DNA of 64,000 nucleotides, taken from assembly GCA_001508335.1 (NCBI GenBank), contig LGFX01000004.1, positions 1,646 through 65,645 on the forward strand. The letters are read 5' to 3'. Each line of letters begins with the position of its first letter. The first letter of the stretch is position 1. Both the position numbers and the translations under genes were made by a program. Under the pieces are notes generated by a model, which searched no databases, had not been told where the DNA came from, and saw only the letters and a program-made list of their open reading frames with translations. Source of the stretch: a candidate division TA06 bacterium 32_111. GTDB lineage: Bacteria; Hydrothermota; 32-111. This document shows positions 56,585 through 64,000 of this stretch, in pieces.

Positions 56585-57658
56585 ATGAATATTTTATTTG
56601 ATATTTTTAAGATTAAAAAATATAAACAAGATATCGAAAACCTTAAAAAAGATAAGGAAAATTTTATTAAATTACTTAAAGGTGATATTAATTCTTTCTA
56701 TAATCTTGATAATAAGTCTTTAAAAAAGATAATCGAATCCGAAGTTGGTATAAAATTTAATCAACTGAAAGATTTAGAAGAAAAATATTTGGAAAATCAT
56801 AAAAGAAATGAAGATTTGAAAGAATATATTGAAGAAAATAATAATCGTTTGAACAAATTAAAAAATGAAATAGAAGAAAAAGAAATTTTGTTTGAAAAGA
56901 TAAAAAAATTAGAAGAAGATGAAGTAAGTTATGAAGAAAAAAGAAAACAGCTTGAAGAAAAAAAAGAAAAACTCTATTATGATAATTTAAAATATAAAGA
57001 AGAAAAAACAAAATTGAAAGAAAAGAAAAAAATTTTAGAAAGAGAAAAAGAAAAATTTAATAAAGATAGTGATCTGTTAAATAAAAGTAGAGAAAAACTT
57101 ATAAATGAAAACAAAGATTTAATAGATAAGAAAGAAAAACTTGAAAAATCAATTGAAAATTTAAAAAAAGAAAACGAAATAAAATTGCTACAAATACAAG
57201 AAATTGATAGAAATTTAGAAAGAAAAAAACAAGAAATAGAGGAATTTAACATAAAAATAAAAGAATTGACTGATAACAAAAACTCTTTAGAAAAACAAAA
57301 TAAAAGATTTAAAGAATTGTCTAAAGATAATTTAATATTGGTATTAATGGAAATTGACGTAGCAAATGGTTTCGCTTATGAATTTGCACCTCAAATTTTC
57401 AAAAGACTTTATAAAATAGATAAAGAGAGATCTATAAAGTGGATTACAGAAGTTTTAGCAAGGGATAAAAATGAACAGATTAAAATAACTGAAGAAATTT
57501 GTGCTTTGATAAATGAAGGTTTAACTTCGATTGATCAAAAAAGTAACAAGGTAGAAGAATTGTTTGCTAAAAAAATAGCATTCAAGTTTAATAAAAATTA
57601 TGAAGAACTATTGGGAGATTATATAAAAGCATGGGAGAATTATATAAATGAACAATAA
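56585..57658 (+). CDS. Long coiled-coil protein with a C-terminal globular domain (hypothetical)
   Basis: Of 357 aa, about 200 are heptad-rich K/E/L sequence. The C-terminal ~110 aa (VLMEIDVANGFAYEFAPQIFKRLYKID...) are not coiled coil. Confidence 0.6.
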   Translation: MNILFDIFKIKKYKQDIENLKKDKENFIKLLKGDINSFYNLDNKSLKKIIESEVGIKFNQLKDLEEKYLENHKRNEDLKEYIEENNNRLNKLKNEIEEKEILFEKIKKLEEDEVSYEEKRKQLEEKKEKLYYDNLKYKEEKTKLKEKKKILEREKEKFNKDSDLLNKSREKLINENKDLIDKKEKLEKSIENLKKENEIKLLQIQEIDRNLERKKQEIEEFNIKIKELTDNKNSLEKQNKRFKELSKDNLILVLMEIDVANGFAYEFAPQIFKRLYKIDKERSIKWITEVLARDKNEQIKITEEICALINEGLTSIDQKSNKVEELFAKKIAFKFNKNYEELLGDYIKAWENYINEQ

Positions 57659-58916
57659 AAATATTGGTTTGTTATATTTTCAAGATTTACAAAAAAATAT
57701 ATTTAAAAAGGTCATCAATAGTAATGATGACTTAACTTATATAAGGCGAATAGCTTCAGAATCTATTTTAGATTGGTTAAATATTATTGATTATAGACAC
57801 AATAACAAAATTAATGGTTATAAACCTTTTATTCATTTAAGGGATTCAGTAGCATATGTAAAATACCTTAATAAGATTATACTTTTTGATGCTATTAAGA
57901 ATCTAAATCTTGATCATTTTAGAGAGGGAGAAATTTTGGCAGTATTGATAACGCATGCTCATAACGATCATATTGATAAACTCCCAGCTGTTCTGGAAAA
58001 TTATCCGAACGCAAAAATAGTTATGAGTGAAATTACATTTAAGATAATTTATGAAGTGTGGAGTAGCAAAGATATGTATAGAGAAATTGAAATGTTAAAT
58101 AGAAATAAAATTTTGGTTTCTAATAATGATGAAATTGAAATAGATTATTACACTATACTATCTTATTCATCTGGACATTGTATGGGTGGTTTATCATATT
58201 TTGTTTTTAATGACGATTGGGCTGGAGGTATAGGATTTATAGGAGAGTTTACCGCTAGGGCTGTTGGAGGATTTTCTCATTCTATTCCTAAGCTTAAAAA
58301 TATAATTTCTTTGATTTTAGATGGAAAAAGTTTTAATGACGATAATCTTCTACCACAAGGTATAGCAGAATTCAACTGGGATTCTATATATAAATGTTTG
58401 TCGAGAGATTATCTAAAATGTAGAATTCCTATATTTCAAGCTTATTCTTTAGGAGCATTGCAGGAACTCTTTTTTATCTGCGCCAATGCTCTCGCTAATG
58501 GAGTAAATGATAACTTAAAAGAAATTATAAATATTGGCACAGAGAGAAAAACAATAATAACAGAAATGAAAAAATTAAAAAGTTTTGAATATGAAGTTGG
58601 ATTTTCAGAACAGAAAAGGGTTAAAGAAAATACAATTAATATTTTTACAGGAAATAACTTTAATGGTTTGTTTTATGAAATATACAATAAATATAAGGAC
58701 AGAGAGGAATTAAAATGGTTTGTTCCACAAGAAAGCAATATAATTAATTCTGATATGGAAACTTATGAAATATATACTCATCCTAGTAAGAGTGAAGTTA
58801 TAGAAATGATTTTTTCGCTCGATCCTGAGAATGTTTACTTAATAAATTCATATAATATATCTTTCAAATATAAAAATATTTTAGAAAATCTAAAATTTAA
58901 GGTGTTTTATGATTAA
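57648..58916 (+). CDS. Metallo-beta-lactamase-fold hydrolase, beta-CASP-like (candidate nuclease)
   Basis: Contains KIILFDA (motif 1), VLITHAHNDHID (HxHxDH) and SSGHCMGG (motif 3). The C-terminal YEIYTHPSKSEVIEMIFSLDPENVYLIN resembles the beta-CASP motif C region. Confidence 0.6.
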   Translation: MNNKNIGLLYFQDLQKNIFKKVINSNDDLTYIRRIASESILDWLNIIDYRHNNKINGYKPFIHLRDSVAYVKYLNKIILFDAIKNLNLDHFREGEILAVLITHAHNDHIDKLPAVLENYPNAKIVMSEITFKIIYEVWSSKDMYREIEMLNRNKILVSNNDEIEIDYYTILSYSSGHCMGGLSYFVFNDDWAGGIGFIGEFTARAVGGFSHSIPKLKNIISLILDGKSFNDDNLLPQGIAEFNWDSIYKCLSRDYLKCRIPIFQAYSLGALQELFFICANALANGVNDNLKEIINIGTERKTIITEMKKLKSFEYEVGFSEQKRVKENTINIFTGNNFNGLFYEIYNKYKDREELKWFVPQESNIINSDMETYEIYTHPSKSEVIEMIFSLDPENVYLINSYNISFKYKNILENLKFKVFYD

Positions 58917-59382
58917 TAAAATAGACATTGAATTATTGAAAAAACTAATAATTGTAATTGAAGAATATCAAAAAAAAATAGAAAAAGAGATTAGTAAATT
59001 AAAACACAAAATAGAATTTTATGAATCTTCCAAGACAGAAATAAACAAAGTTAATGTTGAAAAATTGAAGGAAACTATTGAAGAATTGAATGAAAAAATA
59101 AAAAACATAGTATATGAACATTGTAAAATTTATTCTGAAAATGGAGATGATCCGATAAAATTTTATTCTAAAATATTAAATGATGAGGTATGGAAATATC
59201 CTGACGAAGAAATTATCATTTTAAACAGAGATAAAGACCCTGTTTCTGAATATGAATATGATGGAGGTTATTCTCCATTTACTAAAGAATTTCCTGAGTT
59301 TAAATTTAAGGTTAAAAAGTTTGGTTATAAAACAAAAACAAAAATAATAATAAAAGCGCTTTTGATTCCTTTAGATAATTAA
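58909..59382 (+). CDS. Hypothetical protein, N-terminal coiled coil plus a small C-terminal domain
   Basis: A 157-aa ORF that overlaps the previous gene by 8 nt. I recognise no family. Confidence 0.5.
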   Translation: MINKIDIELLKKLIIVIEEYQKKIEKEISKLKHKIEFYESSKTEINKVNVEKLKETIEELNEKIKNIVYEHCKIYSENGDDPIKFYSKILNDEVWKYPDEEIIILNRDKDPVSEYEYDGGYSPFTKEFPEFKFKVKKFGYKTKTKIIIKALLIPLDN

Positions 59383-59400
59383 AAAAAGTAAGGGGCCAAA

Positions 59401-60180
59401 ATGGATGAAATTAAAATTGATGATGTAAAATTTCAAGAAAAAAAAGAAGAACTAGCAGATTTGTTGAAAAGACTAAAAGAAAAGATAGAAATTGCTGAAA
59501 AACATAACGTTGAAAATTTTGATTTAGAAAAAGAATATAATAAATATAATGATTTAATTCAAAGAATTTCTCAAAAAATTAAGGACATTTTAGAAATAGA
59601 AAAAATTAACAAAAGATTATTGAAAAAAGTGAATGAAGATACTCTTAGTCAAACAGAAATAAAAATGAAAGAATTGATGGAGTTTCAAATAGACTCACTT
59701 AAGAGTGACATTAAAAAGCTTTATAAAACAATTGAGGAAACTAAAGAAGAAAATAATAGATTAATTAATAACTTGGAGAAAAAAATAAATGATTCTGAAA
59801 ATAATATTTCTGAAAATTTCAAAAATTTTAAGTTAGAAATAAATCAAAAGACAGATGAAGGGTTTAAGAAGATAGCAAAAGAAATTGAAAATTTAAATCA
59901 GAAAATATCAATAATTAAAGATAACGAAGTTAAAATGGAAAATAAAACTAAAAATTTGGACAACAAAATATCAGCGATTAAAGATAATGAATTTAAACAG
60001 TTCAAAAATAAAAGTGAAAATCTGGAAAAAGAAATAATTAACTTAAAGAAAGAAAAAGAAGAAATTCAGAAAGATTTGTCTAAAATCAGTAAATATGTAG
60101 AATCAATTTTAAATTATAAAATTCTTAAATTTATAAAACCTTTTGAAAAAATATATGGAAAAGATAAAAGAAGTAATTGA
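59401..60180 (+). CDS. Hypothetical coiled-coil protein
   Basis: A 259-aa heptad-rich protein with internal repeats (NLNQKISIIKDNEVKMENKTKNL / DNKISAIKDNEFKQFKNKSENL). RBS AAGGGG lies upstream. Confidence 0.55.
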   Translation: MDEIKIDDVKFQEKKEELADLLKRLKEKIEIAEKHNVENFDLEKEYNKYNDLIQRISQKIKDILEIEKINKRLLKKVNEDTLSQTEIKMKELMEFQIDSLKSDIKKLYKTIEETKEENNRLINNLEKKINDSENNISENFKNFKLEINQKTDEGFKKIAKEIENLNQKISIIKDNEVKMENKTKNLDNKISAIKDNEFKQFKNKSENLEKEIINLKKEKEEIQKDLSKISKYVESILNYKILKFIKPFEKIYGKDKRSN

Positions 60181-60301
60181 AGAGAAAAAAAAAGAAATTG
60201 AAGAGAAAAAAAAAGAAAAGAAATTATTAGAAAAGAATTTAAAAAAATTAGAGGAGAAGTTTTTTAAAAAATGGAAACCAATAAAAATTATAACCAAATA
60301 A
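60155..60301 (+). CDS. Possible 48-aa coiled-coil micro-ORF bridging two genes (uncertain)
   Basis: My own translation gives MEKIKEVIEEKKKEIEEKKKEKKLLEKNLKKLEEKFFKKWKPIKIITK. It overlaps the 3' end of 59401..60180 and the 5' end of 60271..61047 in another frame, and it contains the 21-bp tandem duplication. Confidence 0.25.
   Translation: MEKIKEVIEEKKKEIEEKKKEKKLLEKNLKKLEEKFFKKWKPIKIITK
60176..60217 (+). repeat. Perfect tandem duplication, 2 x 21 bp, each unit with an A9 run
   Basis: ATTGAAGAGAAAAAAAAAGAA occurs at 60176-60196 and again at 60197-60217. Confidence 0.9.
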
Positions 60302-61047
60302 TAATTTTTTTTGAGGAAAACTCATTTTCTGTTTATAAAAGGAAGAACGAAAAAGAACAACAAATCTATATAAATATAAACGATAACATATCAAAAAGAT
60401 CGCAAATAGAACCAATAGATGTAAAGTATATATTTTTCAAAAATGAATCAGGATTTTTGAATATTGCAAGTACTGAAAAAATAGGAAAGAAAACAACTTT
60501 TTCAGAAATTATAAGTAATTATGATGATTTTGGAAAAGATTCAATAGAAACTATACTTTATGAGATTAAAAGACATATTGAATATTCTGAATCTTATAAA
60601 ATAATAATTGTTTGTGAAAAAGAGGAAGATTTTACAATTGTTAAACAAAGTTTTTCTGAAATGAATAACATAGAAAGTATTAAATTCCAACCTTTAAGTG
60701 AAAAGGATTTAGAAATATCTAAAATATATCCAATTTTAAGGAGAGAAAACAAGATCTATGAAAATAGAATCGTCCAGTTTAGAGAACCAATTAGAGTTTC
60801 TAAGGAAAAATTTTCTTATGAATTGATATCAGAAAACGAAAATATAAAACTAATTATTAAGTCGGATAGTGATTCGATTAAACGTTTTTATACTAATATA
60901 TTTATTGATTTTATTCTTAACAGGGAATATTTTTTTAAAGTTTATGAAAATGAAAATAGAAGAATAAAAGAAGAAATAGATAAAATTAAAGATTTAAATT
61001 TGAGAATAGAAAATTTATTAAAAAGACTTGATTTACTTTTTAATTAA
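60271..61047 (+). CDS. Hypothetical protein (258 aa)
   Basis: The ORF is in operon context and ends in a short coiled coil (RRIKEEIDKIKDLNLRIENLLKRL). I recognise no motifs. Confidence 0.5.
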   Translation: METNKNYNQIIIFFEENSFSVYKRKNEKEQQIYININDNISKRSQIEPIDVKYIFFKNESGFLNIASTEKIGKKTTFSEIISNYDDFGKDSIETILYEIKRHIEYSESYKIIIVCEKEEDFTIVKQSFSEMNNIESIKFQPLSEKDLEISKIYPILRRENKIYENRIVQFREPIRVSKEKFSYELISENENIKLIIKSDSDSIKRFYTNIFIDFILNREYFFKVYENENRRIKEEIDKIKDLNLRIENLLKRLDLLFN

Positions 61048-61059
61048 GGAGGGTATTTA

Positions 61060-62682
61060 ATGCCTGAAAATTTTTTTGGTATCGATTTGGGGACAACAAC
61101 TACTCTTATATCTAAAGCTAATTTGGGGCAGAATAACAAAAACTATTATTCAAATATTTTATACATCCCTCAAAAAAATGCTTCAGGGGAATTTATAGAA
61201 AGAAGAAATAAACTTGAGTCGTTTTTTTATTATTCAAATAATGGCCCTATTGTCGGGCTTGAAGCGTTTGAAAGAGGTCCAATAGAAAAAATAGAAAATT
61301 GCCTATCAAATGTCAAAAGAAAAATAGGTAAAGATGTAGTTCCTTGGGAATTTGATGGTAAAATTTTCACCCCTTCTGATGTTTCGGCACTTTATATAGA
61401 TTATTTGATTAAATATTCAATATTAAATCATGGAAAAATTGATGGCTTAACAGTTACGGTTCCAGCTTCCTTTAATATAAAACAAAAAGAACACACAATA
61501 AAAGCAATTGAAAAAGCTTTAAATATGAACTCAATTGTATTAGGTGAAGATATAAAAAATATTATACTTAGTGAACCTATCTCTGCTCTTCTTGGATATC
61601 TATCCAAGCAGATTGAAGAGGATAGAGATGATATTGCTCTTAATAAAAACCCTCTTGTTTTAGTATATGATATAGGTGGTGGAACACTTGATCTTACTAT
61701 TGTAGAGGTAAAAACAGAAAAAAATATAGTTGATAGTATAAGAGATGTAGATTTTAAAATAAAAAAAGTTAATAGATTTACAGATATTGCTGGTAGCGAT
61801 TTTGATGAAAAAATAGCAAGATATCTTCTCGAAAGATTTATTGATAATTATAAAGAACTAAATGATGTTGAATTGTCAATTCTCGATAAAAAAAGAATTA
61901 GAGCAAAATTAATAAATTTAGCTACAGATTTTAAAGAAAATGCAAATAATGCTTTTATAAGAGGAAAATCAAAATATCTAACTAATTTAGAACTTGATAT
62001 AAATAATAAAACTTATGGATTAAAAATAGAAATAGAAAAAGAAGAATTTGCTGAGATCTTAGATGATTTTATAAACAACCATGAAAGTCCTTCTAATGTT
62101 TTTAAACCTATTGAAATTTTATTAGAAAAAACGGATATAAACAAAGAAGATATAAATTATGTTTTAATGGTTGGTGGAATGTCAGAAATGCAATTGATTC
62201 AAGAAAAAATGAAAAGAGATTTCGGAGAAGATAAAGTTGTAATACCTGTAAATGAGACACAAAATATTGTTGCGTTAGGAGCAAGTATATATAGTGCTCT
62301 AAGAATTTTGGATGAGAAATTTATTTCTGAACCACCATCTGATGCATATTATTTAAAACTCAGGAATGGTTTTAAAAAAGTGTTGGGAACAAAAAATTTA
62401 TCAAAGGGCATTACTAATAAATTCAAGACAGCAAGTAGAGCAAGTAAACTTTTAATACAATTATATGCTGGTGAAGATACAAATAATGATGAACAAATAG
62501 ATGAAAATATAATAAGTACTTTTATGCCATTAAGAAGGGATTATATTGATTTAGGTAGAGAATACGAACAAGGTACGGAAGTTTCATTTATTTGTAGATA
62601 TGAAAAAGGCGAAAGAGATAGGGTTCCTCAGTATGAAATAATCATAAATAATCAAACAGTTAAAGTTCAATTAATGGAGTAA
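61060..62682 (+). CDS. Non-canonical Hsp70-like ATPase (complete actin-fold nucleotide-binding domain, short divergent C-terminus)
   Basis: Contains FGIDLGTTTTLIS (phosphate-1), LTVTVPASFNIKQKEHTIKA, ILSEPISALLGY, VLVYDIGGGTLDLTIVEV (phosphate-2), IAGSDFDEKIARYL, VLMVGGMSEMQLIQEKMKRDFG (adenosine) and IVALGASIYSA. Only about 150 aa follow the NBD. Confidence 0.8.
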   Translation: MPENFFGIDLGTTTTLISKANLGQNNKNYYSNILYIPQKNASGEFIERRNKLESFFYYSNNGPIVGLEAFERGPIEKIENCLSNVKRKIGKDVVPWEFDGKIFTPSDVSALYIDYLIKYSILNHGKIDGLTVTVPASFNIKQKEHTIKAIEKALNMNSIVLGEDIKNIILSEPISALLGYLSKQIEEDRDDIALNKNPLVLVYDIGGGTLDLTIVEVKTEKNIVDSIRDVDFKIKKVNRFTDIAGSDFDEKIARYLLERFIDNYKELNDVELSILDKKRIRAKLINLATDFKENANNAFIRGKSKYLTNLELDINNKTYGLKIEIEKEEFAEILDDFINNHESPSNVFKPIEILLEKTDINKEDINYVLMVGGMSEMQLIQEKMKRDFGEDKVVIPVNETQNIVALGASIYSALRILDEKFISEPPSDAYYLKLRNGFKKVLGTKNLSKGITNKFKTASRASKLLIQLYAGEDTNNDEQIDENIISTFMPLRRDYIDLGREYEQGTEVSFICRYEKGERDRVPQYEIIINNQTVKVQLME

Positions 62683-62684
62683 AA

Positions 62685-63899
62685 ATGAAAAATTTATTTA
62701 GTGATGATGAAACAAAAATAGATGATATGCAAGGGGATTTTAAGAATTCAAGGGCTGTTTGTGAAGAAGTATATAAATTATACACAATTCAAAATAGATA
62801 TGCTCAAGAAAAATCAAAAAAAATTATTCTTAATATGGGGCAGGATGCAGCACCGGGTTTATTACATTCAACGATAACGCAGTTAAATTTTATAAAACAA
62901 AATAAAAGAAGCCAAAAAATATTCAAAGGTATAATTAATGAACTTATTATAAACAACAATTCTGTAAAAAAATTCTTTTTAAAATATGGAATTGCAGAAA
63001 GCTACACCGAAGAAAGTAGAAAATATTTTAAGGAAATATTTTTAGATCTTAAACTAAAAAAAGAAATCGATTTTGATTATGATGATAAAAAGATATTAAG
63101 AAATCTTTTAGAAAAGCAAGATTCTTCTGAGGAGGACAAACTATTATATTATGAATTTATTAATGAATATGGTCCTCAAGAATATGAAATATTAAAGAGT
63201 CTTATTGGAAGTTTAATAGAAAAAAAGGATTATGAATCTTTTGAAAAAGCTTTGCAAATTCTTTGTAAAATTGTTGAACAAAGTGATGAGGAAATCGTTG
63301 AAAATTTTATTAAGTACTTTTTTAAATCACTTAAAACTAATCATAGAGGTTATGATAAAAAATATAAAGAAATATTAAAAAAGAATCCATTTAAAATTAA
63401 TTTAAATAACTATAAAAAAATCATATCATCATTAGAAGAATCTCATACACCAGAAAACACAACTAGGTTTGGTAAAAATAGATATATAAAAGAGATATTC
63501 TGTGCATCTATTGCTAGAATAAATGAGCAAAAGGAAAGATTTGATCTTCTGATTCAAATCAATGATTTTATTGAAGAAACAGGATATTTGCTTAAGTATT
63601 GGTTTGAAGCTATAAATAAAGACCTTGAATCAAAAAATCCTTTAGTTGAACATCTAATAGAAAGAGATATTGATGATGATGATTATATTTTTGCTTTATT
63701 TTTGCATTATTATTTAACAAAAAAATGGAGGAAAAAAATTTATATAGATCTTGAAAGAGAAATTGATGAAATGATCAAAGAACCAAGATATAGAGAATTG
63801 AACTATAAAGCTGAAACAACTGCAGATGAAGTAACCAGTCCTAAAGATTCAGAATATATATCAAATGAAACACACGAAAATTATACAGAACTTGAATAA
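62685..63899 (+). CDS. Hypothetical helical protein (404 aa)
   Basis: The ORF starts 2 nt after the Hsp70-like stop, which suggests coupling. It is all-helical in character with an acidic C-terminus. I recognise no family. Confidence 0.5.
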   Translation: MKNLFSDDETKIDDMQGDFKNSRAVCEEVYKLYTIQNRYAQEKSKKIILNMGQDAAPGLLHSTITQLNFIKQNKRSQKIFKGIINELIINNNSVKKFFLKYGIAESYTEESRKYFKEIFLDLKLKKEIDFDYDDKKILRNLLEKQDSSEEDKLLYYEFINEYGPQEYEILKSLIGSLIEKKDYESFEKALQILCKIVEQSDEEIVENFIKYFFKSLKTNHRGYDKKYKEILKKNPFKINLNNYKKIISSLEESHTPENTTRFGKNRYIKEIFCASIARINEQKERFDLLIQINDFIEETGYLLKYWFEAINKDLESKNPLVEHLIERDIDDDDYIFALFLHYYLTKKWRKKIYIDLEREIDEMIKEPRYRELNYKAETTADEVTSPKDSEYISNETHENYTELE

Positions 63900-63911
63900 T
63901 AGGAGTTAAAA

Positions 63912-64000
63912 ATGTTAAAAACCTTACTAACCTTACTTATGAATTATGGTTTTTATTTAGTAATGTTTATTTATAGTTTTCTTCTTTTATGGGAAATTTT
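63912..64000 (+). CDS. Hypothetical membrane protein, 5' fragment (runs off the window end)
   Basis: RBS AGGAG at 63901-63905, ATG at 63912, and MLKTLLTLLMNYGFYLVMFIYSFLLLWEI (a TM helix). The operon continues beyond the window. Confidence 0.4.
   Translation, partial: MLKTLLTLLMNYGFYLVMFIYSFLLLWEI

Noticed and set aside
58909-59382. The idea that the 157-aa coiled-coil-plus-beta-domain protein is a GrpE-like exchange factor for the Hsp70-like ATPase.
   Set aside because: Only the gross architecture is similar. I could not align any GrpE signature, so this stays an untested thought rather than a call.
1-64000. A scan of the intergenic regions for tRNA, rRNA, riboswitch or T-box leaders (for example upstream of ileS), transposases, integrases and IS inverted repeats.
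   Set aside because: I recognised none. ileS is translationally coupled to upp, so there is no room for a T-box. No ORF shows DDE, tyrosine-recombinase or serine-recombinase motifs. This was a by-eye scan, so small RNAs could have been missed.

Overview
This is an AT-rich bacterial window. The host is probably an anaerobic diderm: it has an LptD-like protein, signal peptidase II and a secreted protein with a T9SS-type C-terminal sorting signal. I cannot assign a taxon from the sequence alone.

- 1-4.1 kb: a compact type II-C-like locus on the minus strand (cas9, then the 5' part of a type II cas1 that runs off the window). A divergent promoter drives a structured small RNA that I read as the tracrRNA.
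- 4.2-35.6 kb: ordinary chromosome.
  - A DUF2130-like protein.
  - A large [FeFe]-hydrogenase cluster: a HydS-like sensory hydrogenase, 2 DRTGG proteins, 2 stand-alone HATPase proteins, a PHP protein, 2 NuoE-like/NuoF-like pairs and HydA.
  - Housekeeping genes: oadB-like, yjbQ, upp, ileS, a dksA-like gene, lspA, lptD-like, hup, maf, Rrf2-nifS-nifU, mazG, an AEC transporter and a long KamA-family radical SAM protein.
- 35.7-56.3 kb: a much more AT-rich CRISPR island.
  - Two arrays share one 31-nt repeat (26 and 18 repeats) and each sits behind the same 99-nt leader.
  - They bracket cas6-cas10-csm2-csm3-csm4-csm5-csm6 (type III-A) and cas4-cas1-cas2.

Most interesting findings:
1. A trio of sigma-factor-like protein, unknown protein and Lon-like-protease-TPR protein is translationally coupled to the front of the csm operon. 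It resembles CalpL/T/S and Craspase logic but with a different domain combination.
2. A DUF3800-TPR protein follows csm6.
3. Csm2 carries an N-terminal cold-shock-like domain.
4. A membrane J-domain protein, together with an operon of at least 8 genes (coiled-coil proteins, a beta-CASP/MBL hydrolase, a truncated Hsp70-like ATPase), flanks array 2.

I recognised no tRNA, rRNA, transposase or integrase genes.
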